Of a stretch of 64,000 nucleotides of DNA, positions 27,113 to 36,653 are shown piece by piece; within the stretch, counting starts at the first letter, position 1; each line of letters begins with the position of its first letter. Made by a program: the position numbers and the translations under genes. The stretch comes from a virus: the IMG/VR virus record IMGVR_UViG_3300046167_000924, positions 96,001-160,000 of that record; one strand, written 5' to 3'. The notes under the pieces were generated by a model. That model was not told the origin of the DNA and did no database searches. It worked only from the letters and a program-made list of their open reading frames with translations.

Positions 27113-28099
27113 GTGGAAACTGTCAAGCGCAGAAAGATATTTAGAGATATAGTTCGTGGTTATTCAACCACAACACTAGAAGAGGATTTTGTATATATCA
27201 AACATCTAACTCCTCATGATCAAGTAGAACTTGAGGAGATCGAAGAAAAGTATCATAATATAGCACTTCGCAGGGGTGTGCCCACCGAAGAAGATATGCT
27301 GGTGTTCCTAAAAGAGGAAGATCAGTGGAAAGATTCTGACGATAAATTTATTGAAGATAAAACATATTTTCTTGAGACTTTAAAAACTGCAAAAACTAAA
27401 ATGGTTCTTAAGCGCCAGATAGATAAGCAGGATGAATTGATTCTTGAGGAAACAATAGCTTTACATAAAAAACAAAACGAAAAAGCCTCGCTCTTGGGTA
27501 ACACTTGTGAGAAATATGCACGCGATAGATTAAATGATTTTTATATGATTCGCAGTTTTTATGAAGATAAAGATTTAACCACCCCTCTATTTGATGAGCA
27601 GAAATTTGATGAACTCGAAAATCATGATATTAAAAAAGTTGTTCTTCGATACAATGAATTATTCGAAGCATTTAATGAAGAAAATGTACAATATACTATA
27701 TTAGAAGAATTTTATAATCCATATCTTAGTTTTGCTGAAGATAGTATGCAGTTTTATGGAAAACCATTTTGTAATTTAACATATAATCAAATAAGATTAA
27801 TTGTATATACTAGAGTATTTAAAAATATATTTGACTCAAATGAAAATATACCAGATAATATAAGAAAAGATCCCGCGAAATTGTTAGAGTTTGGCAGTAG
27901 CTCAAGAGAGGAGAGGGACAAGGCGAAAGATAAATTATCAAAAGGTGATGCAAGTACATTGGTTGGTGCAAAAGATGAAGATTATGAATACCTTGGAATA
28001 CAAAAACCGCAGGGTGGAAAAGATCTAGACGAAGAGACTAGAAAAAAAGGTGGTAAGTTAAATATGCAAGATTTAATGAAATTGCATGGCGTAGGATAA
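27113..28099 (+). CDS. putative tail assembly chaperone 2
   Basis: Immediately before the tape measure. Confidence 0.45.
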   Translation: METVKRRKIFRDIVRGYSTTTLEEDFVYIKHLTPHDQVELEEIEEKYHNIALRRGVPTEEDMLVFLKEEDQWKDSDDKFIEDKTYFLETLKTAKTKMVLKRQIDKQDELILEETIALHKKQNEKASLLGNTCEKYARDRLNDFYMIRSFYEDKDLTTPLFDEQKFDELENHDIKKVVLRYNELFEAFNEENVQYTILEEFYNPYLSFAEDSMQFYGKPFCNLTYNQIRLIVYTRVFKNIFDSNENIPDNIRKDPAKLLEFGSSSREERDKAKDKLSKGDASTLVGAKDEDYEYLGIQKPQGGKDLDEETRKKGGKLNMQDLMKLHGVG

Positions 28100-28138
28100 T
28101 TTTAGTGTATTATTACCTTGAATAAGGAATAAGGTAAT

Positions 28139-31100
28139 ATGGCTATAAATCTTAACGTACAAGGTAATACACAACCTCTTGAGGCTGCGGTTCAGGCTGC
28201 AGTAAACAGAATACGTAAAACGCCTATAAAAATAACTGTTGACGACAAGGGTGCCACTCAACCCCTCGGAAACATGAAGCGCGGTGCCGACGAATTTAGT
28301 AAGTCAATGGAGGCTGCTAATGCTCGTATTATAGCTTTCGGAGCTAGTATGGCAATTATCAATGGAGTTTCTGATGCTTTCAAGGCAATGGTTAAAAATG
28401 TTGTTGAAGTTGAAAAAGCTTTAGCAGATATTAATGTTGTTATGGGTTTGTCTGCGACCAACTTAGACAAATTCTCTTCTGGTTTATTTAAGGTCGCAAA
28501 AGAAACTGCTGCAAGCTTTGATGTGGCTGCCGCCGCCGCAACAGAATATGCTCGTCAAGGTTTAAAAGTAGAAGAGACTTTAAAAAGAACAAAAGACGCT
28601 TTAATCCTGACTCGATTAACAGGTATGGATTCTGCAAATGCTGTTAAAGCTTTAACTGCAGCAATGAATACATACGGAGATCAAATAAAAGATACCACTC
28701 AACTGGTAAGTAAATTTGCTGCGGTTGACGTTCAGTTTGCGGTTAGTGCAGAAGACTTTGCTGATGCAATATCTCGTACTGGTCAGGCTGCAAAAAGTGC
28801 TGGAGTAGATATTGACGAATTGGTTGGTTTGGTCACCGCAGCTCAACAGCAAACTGCTAGAGGTGGTAAGGTAATCGGAAACTCATTTAAAACAATTTTC
28901 ACAAGAATTGGTAGAACTGATACTTTAAATCAATTAGAAAATTTGGGAATAGCTGTTCGTGATGTAGAAGGTAGAACGCTAGGAGCAAAAAGAATTTTAA
29001 CTGACCTTGCAAATACTTTTGATCATTTGAGCGAAGCTCAAAAAGCACAAATCGCACAAACCGTTGGTGGGGTTTTTCAGATCAACGTGCTTAAAGCTGT
29101 TTTAAGTGACGCCGCGAAACAAAATGGTATTCTTGCTAATGCAACGCAAATTTCTGCTGGAGCAACTGATGAAGCAATAACGAAAAACGAACAATTGCGG
29201 CAAACTATGGCTGCTATGGCCAGCGAAACAGGTTTAGCTTTAAAAGAAGTTAGTGCTCAAATTGGTGAAATTATGCTTGCTCCAGGAATGGAGAAGATTT
29301 TAAATATAGTAAAAAGCATGACCGAAGGTGTTGGAGATATGCTTGGAACTGGAGAGGGTGCAGGAAATACATTTGCAAAAGGATTTTTAAAAGGTTTGGG
29401 TAATATTATAACTGGCCCAGGTTTGGTTGTGATGGTCGCGGTTTTTACTAAGTTATTGATTAAAGCTGTTCAATATGCTAGAGACAGTTTAAAATCATTG
29501 ATCGGTGTTACAAGCGAAGCTCAAAAACAAAAAGCTATTCAAACTTCTTTGGTTACATTGTTTGGCCAGAACGCTGCGCTAAATAAAGAAATGCTTCGCA
29601 CCGACATAAGCCGAACCGAAAAAGAAAAAATAATTTTAAGTTTGCTTAAGGCTCAGGTTATGGAGGCTAACGCTTTAAATAGCCTGACAAAACAAATGTC
29701 TACAACTTTGTATTCAAAAGGTTATGGAGCTAATTTAGCTCCAAGGCGAGGTAAAGCTGGTGGTCATATTCCAAATTTTGCAGATCCAGAAAGACAGCAA
29801 GCTGCGCGAGGTGGATATGCTGCTGGAAGTATTCGCAGTATGAATATGCCTGGCGAAGGCTCGGTAATATATAACAGCGCAGAAAAAGTAAAGAATTTTA
29901 AGGGCATGACTCAGCCCGCTATAATGCCTCCTCATTCAAGCAAGGCTGGAAAAAATTATCAACAAGCATTTGGTAGTATACATGGATTTGATCCATATGC
30001 TGCAAGAGGATATATACCAAATTTTGCATCTGCGCAAGAAATTGGCAGTAAAAACGCAAAAAAAGCGGGTAAAGTTTTAAATTCAGATGGAGGTATCATT
30101 CTATTAACCGCAAATTATCCCGGTAAAGATTTGACCTCTCCAACATTTTGGGTTAGGGATGCGGCCAAAGGCGAAGCTGGAGCTGGAACTAGGGTTCATC
30201 AAAATGTCGGAACCATGCAAACATCTTTAAAAAATAAAACTTTCTCTGGAAAAAAACTTACAGCAAAAGGCAGAAAGCCAGGCGGCGCAGCAATCGATGC
30301 CTCAGGAGTCACAATGAGACAAGTTAAAGTTCCAACTTACTCATTAGATAAAAGTGATTCAAAAATTAATCTCCCTAAAAATAAAGATTTTCAAAAATAT
30401 TCATATGACAAATTAAAGAGGTATGGTAAAAATCTGACAATAGATATGGTTAATAGATTAATGCCTGGTCAGAAAATAAGCAATTTCAAAGGAAACAAAA
30501 ACGCAATAGAAGATAATGATGTTGCTGTCATGGGGGGTAGGATTTTTGAAAAAGTTTTAGAAGCAATTACCCAAGAAATAGAGGGCTTATCTGGGGGGCA
30601 CAAAGGCGCTTTGTTGGATGTGCCTGCTAACCCAAAACTATTTGAAGTTTTTGGGGCAAAATTACCTGCCGGAAAAATTGGGGCTGAGGCTAAAATTAGT
30701 AGTGATACAACACATATGAAAAGTGCTGCTAGGAAAATATTTGATGTTTTAAGCGGCACTAAGGAGGCTGATATTTTATCAAAGGCTTTTCCCAGCAAAA
30801 AAACTTTTTCAAAAACTTCAGATATTAAAAATAAGGCTTACGGTCATATCCCCAACTTTGCCGATCCACTATCAGACGCAATAGGTAGAGAAAAAGAAGC
30901 TGGCGTTCCTGTCTCTCAAATTCGTGTCGGTTCTCATCCAGCATTAATGAATAAAAGTAACCCAATTGGTCTCGGCGTAACCAACACACAAGATGAACCA
31001 AATGGACTGCGCGATGTATTTGGCGCCGCTAATGGATTTGTGCCGAATTATGTTAACCCATTCGGTTTTGTTAAAGATAAAATTGTGCAAACTAATTTTG

Positions 31101-34100
31101 CTAAACAAATGACTTTGGGCGCAAGTAATTTAGAAGATTTTAATAAAAAACTAAAAAAACACAAACAAGAACAACAAAAACATTCTACAGCGGTTAGCAG
31201 AATAGAAAAACAACTTCAAAGGAATTTACTTTCTCAAAAAGAAGTAGATCGATTAAATAAACAGTTAGCGACCGCAAAAAAACACGAAGCCGCAGCTTCT
31301 AGGAGAATTACGTCCACTACAAGGGGGACAGGGGTCGGAGGATTTCTTGGTAGGTCAAGCGCCCGCATGGGTGGAGCGTTCAGTGGCAATTCAGGCATGA
31401 TGATGATGATGGGAGCTCCTATGGCGGCAGGGTTTCTTCAACAAGGGGGAATGGGTGCACAGGGCGGAAATCAAGGTATGTACGCTGCAGGCGGAGCTTT
31501 AAGTGGTGCCGCTTCCGGGGCTATGATGGCGAGCATGATCGCCCCAATGTTCGGGCCTGCAGCGCCATTGGTTATTGGTGTTGGCGGATTAATTGGAGCT
31601 GTGCAGGGCATGAAATCCGCAAACGAAGAAAACACAAAAGCCCTAAAAGAGCAGGCCGATGCGAGATTAAATGCTCAAACTCAATCCGCTATGCAGGGCT
31701 TTGCAAACATAACTCAGGCAAAGGAATTATCTCAAAAAATAGGATCCACAAGCGCAAAAAGTAGTGATTTGCAAAATATTGGGCTCACCACAGGAGCTTC
31801 TGTATTAGAAGGTTTTTCTAAAATATCTAATATTTTTAAAGGGGCAGCGGAGGCTCCGACTTTCAGCAGCCTAACGAAAAAACAGAAAGAATCTTTGTCT
31901 CCAGAAGTTCAGGCCTATATGGAGAGTGTATCTCGTGGGGATTTGGGGTCTAGATATTATACAGAATCACAAATAAAAGCAGACGATCCTAATGTTGTAA
32001 GTAAGCTTGGGTATTTTAAAGATGATGTTGGGGTTGCAAAATCTAGAAAATATCAGTCCGAGACTAAGGAGATCGTAGGATTTGGCAAACAAAAAGTTGC
32101 GTCTGCCAAAAACATTCAGGGTTCTTTGATTGATTATTTAATGAAAAATGAGAAATCTAAACTTTTTAGTTTTGATTTCGGTAAACAGGATGGAGCTGCA
32201 GCAAACACAGTAATAGAGAACCTAACAAAAGAAGAGTATGCAAAAGTTTTAAAAGGTCAAGAAGTAAGAGGCGGCTTGCGGGCTGACACAACTTTGATTC
32301 AACAAGAACTTGGTGATAAGTTGAAAAAAATCTATAATGATTATGAAGTAAAAGCGGGAGAACAGCGTGACGCTTTAATCCTTCAACTAAACTTTCAGCG
32401 AGTGATGTTAAAGTCCCAAAAAGCTGCAGCGGACGCTCAGTTAGATATAAAAACTAAATATCTAAAACAATCTAATTTATTAGATTCTCAAGAAAAAATG
32501 CTCGGCGGGCTAATGAGTGAAGAGCAAAAAGTTAGAATTCAATATAATAAAAATTTAACAAAAGCTTCTGAGGCTTATGCTAGTGGAGCTGCCAAGGCAA
32601 AGTCTGATTTTTCTATGGGTCTGCTTCAAGATATTCAAGGGCAAGGTAAGGATAGCCTTAGATCTGCAATAAAGCAAGAGTTGTTTAAACGAATGAGTGA
32701 TAGAGAGAAATCCGGAAAAGACGCAGGAGGTATTACAAATATTAAACTCTCTGAAAAATTAGCCGAAATGTCATCTAAGGAAAAAGAAGATCTTTTAACG
32801 AGCTTAAAAAGTCGAAATCCGGGAGTCGAAAACGAAATTAATGAAATACTAGGCAATAGACAATTAATATATGATAACCAAATAAACACCCTAGGAAAAC
32901 AAAAAACTCTTTCTGATGGTCAGAGCCTGTCTCAAAAAAATCTCAATGAAAAAATTGCTAAACAAAAAGACCTAATGGTTGATGTTAACAGGGAGATGCA
33001 GGATTACATTCGTGGTTTAGATAATGCCGCTCAATCCAGAGCGATAGCTTCTGAAATTACTGCTGCTAGATTTGGAGCCAGACCTCAAACTCAAGGTGCG
33101 ATTTTCACAGAACAAGGAAGATTGACTGAAGAAAGAAAGAAAACTATCAGAACAGACTATGCAAAAAGTGCAACTTCTCAAATTAAAAAGCTTGCTGATG
33201 ATATGGGGTTAACCGAAGAGCAAATAAAGCAGGTGATTCAAAAACCTAGCTTACTAAAAGGTATGCCTTCAAAACCTATTAGCTCTATGGAAGAAGATCT
33301 GGGTAGTCTTCAGTTTTCAGCTTTTGCAGAAGAAAAGGGTAGCGATAAGCATAAATCACTTCTTGAGCAAATTGAAGAGCTCGAACAATCAATTGCTAGC
33401 GCAAAATCAGAAACAGCTAAAAAATCTGACCGTATAACAAAAATACTCCAAGGCGATCTTAAGATAACCAAGGAAAAACTTTCAAAAGAAGATAAGTTGC
33501 TAGAAATAAGAAAAGACGAGTACACCCGAAGAACTGGCCCGGATGCTTTCGGGGAGGGCATCAAGGATGCTGGAATAGAAATGGAAAAGCGGGTCGCTAT
33601 GATGGATTATGAATTAGCAAAGAATATACCTATGAAATTCGCAGACGGTCTCGCACAAGCAATGCAGGCAACATTAAATCAAACCGAGAATCTTGGTGAT
33701 GCATTAATGGGAATCGCATCAAATTTCTTGCAAGCAATTCAAAGCGCTCTTCTTCAAAAAGCCGCTTATCAAATTGTTGGTGGAGTGGGCGCCTCAACGG
33801 GGTTATTCTCAAAAGGCGGTGGTGTTAGAAATTATAGTCGAGGTGGAGGGGTGCCTGCTATGGTAACTAATGGAGAATATGTTATGAGTGGAGATGCTGT
33901 TTCTAAATACGGAGGAGCTTTTATGCATAGCTTAAATGCTGGAGGAAAAATTCCTGGATATGCAAATGGTGGTGCAGCTCCAGGATCAGCAATCGCAGAA
34001 AATTTTGGAGGAGGAAGAGGTTTCGCTTCTGGCCGAGCTTATCAATCCAAAGCTATGTCTTCATTCTTTTATACTCAATCTCAAAATGTAGGACTTAAAG

Positions 34101-34870
34101 AAGATGAGCAGTCTTTAATGGGGGTATTGCGAGAAGAAGAAAGAAAGCGTCAAGAAGCCGCCGCAAAAAAAGCAAAGAAAAAACAATTTATTCAACAACT
34201 AATTGGTACAGCTTTAAGTGCGGGCCTTACAGCTGGTTTAACTAACGCTATTAAGGGTGGTGATTTAACCAAGTCTGCTATTTCAAAAGGTTATACTGAT
34301 GCCGCCCCAAAAGGAGCTTTATCGGGATTTAATACTAAAACTGGTATGCGCGCGTCGTTTGCTCCAGGTTCTGAAATAGGGGGAAACTGGATAACTCAAC
34401 CTGTTAGACAAAGCGCGTTTAGTAAATATAATCCGTTTAATTGGGGGATGAAGCCTCAGCAGGGGCCAGGTTTTGCAAGTGGGGGGCATGTCTCGGGAAA
34501 ATCTGGAATCGATCAAATTCCTGCAATGTTGAGCGAAGGAGAATATGTAATCAAAGCAAGCAGCGCTCGTCAACTCGGCAAGCCAATGCTTGACCGAATA
34601 AACGCAGGTAAATATAATGATGGAGGAGCAGTCGGTTCAACTCAAATAGATTCTTCAACTTCAGCAGGAAACACGAACAATATCAGCATTTCCATAAACA
34701 TGGAAAATGGAAAAGTTAGCGCAGAAGAAAAAACTCAAGACACGAATCCTGCAACATCTCAAGAAGGATCTTCCGAAAAAGATCAATCTCTTCTTGCTGA
34801 AAAAATAAAACAACAAGTTGTTTCAGTTATCGTTGAAGAGCAACGTCCTGGAGGTCTTTTAAGTGAATAA
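28139..34870 (+). CDS. tail tape measure protein
   Basis: 2243 aa; TP901-type N-terminal TMP domain (ALADINVVMG...FSSGLFKVAKE...AEDFADAISRTG); Ala/Gly-rich TM-like region; C-terminal GG..IPAMLSEGEYV motifs. Confidence 0.95.
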   Translation: MAINLNVQGNTQPLEAAVQAAVNRIRKTPIKITVDDKGATQPLGNMKRGADEFSKSMEAANARIIAFGASMAIINGVSDAFKAMVKNVVEVEKALADINVVMGLSATNLDKFSSGLFKVAKETAASFDVAAAAATEYARQGLKVEETLKRTKDALILTRLTGMDSANAVKALTAAMNTYGDQIKDTTQLVSKFAAVDVQFAVSAEDFADAISRTGQAAKSAGVDIDELVGLVTAAQQQTARGGKVIGNSFKTIFTRIGRTDTLNQLENLGIAVRDVEGRTLGAKRILTDLANTFDHLSEAQKAQIAQTVGGVFQINVLKAVLSDAAKQNGILANATQISAGATDEAITKNEQLRQTMAAMASETGLALKEVSAQIGEIMLAPGMEKILNIVKSMTEGVGDMLGTGEGAGNTFAKGFLKGLGNIITGPGLVVMVAVFTKLLIKAVQYARDSLKSLIGVTSEAQKQKAIQTSLVTLFGQNAALNKEMLRTDISRTEKEKIILSLLKAQVMEANALNSLTKQMSTTLYSKGYGANLAPRRGKAGGHIPNFADPERQQAARGGYAAGSIRSMNMPGEGSVIYNSAEKVKNFKGMTQPAIMPPHSSKAGKNYQQAFGSIHGFDPYAARGYIPNFASAQEIGSKNAKKAGKVLNSDGGIILLTANYPGKDLTSPTFWVRDAAKGEAGAGTRVHQNVGTMQTSLKNKTFSGKKLTAKGRKPGGAAIDASGVTMRQVKVPTYSLDKSDSKINLPKNKDFQKYSYDKLKRYGKNLTIDMVNRLMPGQKISNFKGNKNAIEDNDVAVMGGRIFEKVLEAITQEIEGLSGGHKGALLDVPANPKLFEVFGAKLPAGKIGAEAKISSDTTHMKSAARKIFDVLSGTKEADILSKAFPSKKTFSKTSDIKNKAYGHIPNFADPLSDAIGREKEAGVPVSQIRVGSHPALMNKSNPIGLGVTNTQDEPNGLRDVFGAANGFVPNYVNPFGFVKDKIVQTNFAKQMTLGASNLEDFNKKLKKHKQEQQKHSTAVSRIEKQLQRNLLSQKEVDRLNKQLATAKKHEAAASRRITSTTRGTGVGGFLGRSSARMGGAFSGNSGMMMMMGAPMAAGFLQQGGMGAQGGNQGMYAAGGALSGAASGAMMASMIAPMFGPAAPLVIGVGGLIGAVQGMKSANEENTKALKEQADARLNAQTQSAMQGFANITQAKELSQKIGSTSAKSSDLQNIGLTTGASVLEGFSKISNIFKGAAEAPTFSSLTKKQKESLSPEVQAYMESVSRGDLGSRYYTESQIKADDPNVVSKLGYFKDDVGVAKSRKYQSETKEIVGFGKQKVASAKNIQGSLIDYLMKNEKSKLFSFDFGKQDGAAANTVIENLTKEEYAKVLKGQEVRGGLRADTTLIQQELGDKLKKIYNDYEVKAGEQRDALILQLNFQRVMLKSQKAAADAQLDIKTKYLKQSNLLDSQEKMLGGLMSEEQKVRIQYNKNLTKASEAYASGAAKAKSDFSMGLLQDIQGQGKDSLRSAIKQELFKRMSDREKSGKDAGGITNIKLSEKLAEMSSKEKEDLLTSLKSRNPGVENEINEILGNRQLIYDNQINTLGKQKTLSDGQSLSQKNLNEKIAKQKDLMVDVNREMQDYIRGLDNAAQSRAIASEITAARFGARPQTQGAIFTEQGRLTEERKKTIRTDYAKSATSQIKKLADDMGLTEEQIKQVIQKPSLLKGMPSKPISSMEEDLGSLQFSAFAEEKGSDKHKSLLEQIEELEQSIASAKSETAKKSDRITKILQGDLKITKEKLSKEDKLLEIRKDEYTRRTGPDAFGEGIKDAGIEMEKRVAMMDYELAKNIPMKFADGLAQAMQATLNQTENLGDALMGIASNFLQAIQSALLQKAAYQIVGGVGASTGLFSKGGGVRNYSRGGGVPAMVTNGEYVMSGDAVSKYGGAFMHSLNAGGKIPGYANGGAAPGSAIAENFGGGRGFASGRAYQSKAMSSFFYTQSQNVGLKEDEQSLMGVLREEERKRQEAAAKKAKKKQFIQQLIGTALSAGLTAGLTNAIKGGDLTKSAISKGYTDAAPKGALSGFNTKTGMRASFAPGSEIGGNWITQPVRQSAFSKYNPFNWGMKPQQGPGFASGGHVSGKSGIDQIPAMLSEGEYVIKASSARQLGKPMLDRINAGKYNDGGAVGSTQIDSSTSAGNTNNISISINMENGKVSAEEKTQDTNPATSQEGSSEKDQSLLAEKIKQQVVSVIVEEQRPGGLLSE

Positions 34871-34872
34871 TT

Positions 34873-35754
34873 ATGAGCTTTTCAAATTATCAACAGAAGG
34901 TTGTAATTGATGGAGTCGCTCTGTCTGGAGTTCAAGATGTAAATGGTAGTTACGGTATAAGCGAAAAGCCGATCCGTATAGCAGGTGTTGGTTTTGTTGA
35001 TGCTTTAGTTAACGCCCCACTAGAAGGAAACTTTACAATATCCAGAAAAATGGTAAGTAAAGACCCACTAATACAATTTGATTCATTAGGAAAATATACT
35101 TATGATGAAAATGAAATAAGTGGAGCAATTTTATATGAAAATGATACAAAAGGATTTGGCTTTACAAAAGGCAGAGTAACTCGATATTCTGTCAATTGTG
35201 CGGTCGGAGAAATTCCTGATATACAAACTGATATTACTGTATATGGTGATCTAGGTAGTGGTGTAATGACTCAATCTGAAACGCAAAGTCATCCACCAAT
35301 ACAATATCCTGATCAATCTAGTATAAGTATAAATGTTAGTGATTTTCAATTAGACGCAATTACTGATTTTAGTTATAGCCGTTCATTAAATTTAGAGGCT
35401 GTATATGCAATTCCAAAAGGAACTTCATCTGATTGGGATAATGATATTGATATATCGAATCCGAATTTAGATCCTGTACAAATTGACACTCAATATCCGA
35501 TTGAGACTGATATTAATTTTACTATGATTGTAAATAATTATCAGATAAAAGAAATGAAAGATAAAATAAGGAGTGCGCCGAAAAGCAATGTATCTATACA
35601 AATAAAAGATGCCGAAACGGACGCTATTATAAACGCGTTTACTGGTCAGAACGTAAGACTTACAAGCGAATCAATTTCTTCATCAACAGAAGACGAAATG
35701 ACGATATCATTAACCTATAAGGGTTATGAAACTCTGCACAATCCAGTATCATGA
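34873..35754 (+). CDS. tail-tube-fold/distal tail-like protein
   Basis: Follows TMP; two tube-like half repeats. Confidence 0.5.
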   Translation: MSFSNYQQKVVIDGVALSGVQDVNGSYGISEKPIRIAGVGFVDALVNAPLEGNFTISRKMVSKDPLIQFDSLGKYTYDENEISGAILYENDTKGFGFTKGRVTRYSVNCAVGEIPDIQTDITVYGDLGSGVMTQSETQSHPPIQYPDQSSISINVSDFQLDAITDFSYSRSLNLEAVYAIPKGTSSDWDNDIDISNPNLDPVQIDTQYPIETDINFTMIVNNYQIKEMKDKIRSAPKSNVSIQIKDAETDAIINAFTGQNVRLTSESISSSTEDEMTISLTYKGYETLHNPVS

Positions 35755-36653
35755 GTAAGCCATATTTAAGATTTGAAGACGGCAAAATTTCTTTGGGCGG
35801 AAAAGATTTGGATGTATCGTCTGCAAGTTTATCTTTGAATCCGTCATTGGAACCCGAAAGAGTTTATGGAGATTATGATGCCGCAATAGCTGGAGCAAAA
35901 ACGGAGTTTGTAAAACACGCTGCGGTTTCTCCATTGCGTGGTCAGTTAGAAATTAAATTTTTAATTAATTCAGACAAATTTACAACAAATAATATTGATA
36001 AACTTTTTGATATAAGAAATGGAATGAATGGTGATGCAATACATGGTAATATAGTTGGTCGTTATTTCTTTGATAATATGTATTTAAAATCTTTTAGTTT
36101 TAGTTTGTCTCCTTATTCTGTTATTGAGGCTAGCGCATCTTATGATATATTTGGAAGCGTGAAAAAGACAAGCGAAAGAAGATTCAATATAACAAATTTA
36201 AATATAGCGCACGGATTAAAATCATTTGGTGAGATGAAAGCCAATAATCAAAGCGCCGACAACATTAGTGGACAATTTGAAATAAGCTCTTTACAATATA
36301 GTATACAAGTGAATAGAAAGGTTCATTATCATATTCGAGGTTCAGAGCACTCGTCGGTTGCAACCACTGCAAACGGAGCCCTGCCTGCACGCGTCTCTCT
36401 TGAAAATATAGAAGCTGAAATGTCTGTCGAGTCGAATGAAATTATTCCGAATCTAAATCCATACGGAGATTATCAATCTGGTACAATAGTGGATGGACTA
36501 TCTAGCGCTTCACTGTCTGCATTTTTATATACTCTGCAAGGAGATAAGGTTGCTAAATTTTCATGCACTGGTAAGATACAGTCTGAATCGCTGTCGATAT
36601 CAGAAGGTCAATACGCAAAAGGTAATTTGACAATACGAGAAATAATTAAGTAA
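35751..36653 (+). CDS. tail-tube-fold/distal tail-like protein
   Basis: Follows TMP; tube-like beta pattern. Confidence 0.45.
   Translation: MSKPYLRFEDGKISLGGKDLDVSSASLSLNPSLEPERVYGDYDAAIAGAKTEFVKHAAVSPLRGQLEIKFLINSDKFTTNNIDKLFDIRNGMNGDAIHGNIVGRYFFDNMYLKSFSFSLSPYSVIEASASYDIFGSVKKTSERRFNITNLNIAHGLKSFGEMKANNQSADNISGQFEISSLQYSIQVNRKVHYHIRGSEHSSVATTANGALPARVSLENIEAEMSVESNEIIPNLNPYGDYQSGTIVDGLSSASLSAFLYTLQGDKVAKFSCTGKIQSESLSISEGQYAKGNLTIREIIK

Noticed and set aside
27085-27115. Programmed -1 frameshift joining the two tail chaperones (lambda G/GT style)
   Set aside because: The second gene is in the -1 frame, but that frame has TAA at 27098 and there is no slippery heptamer before the first stop.
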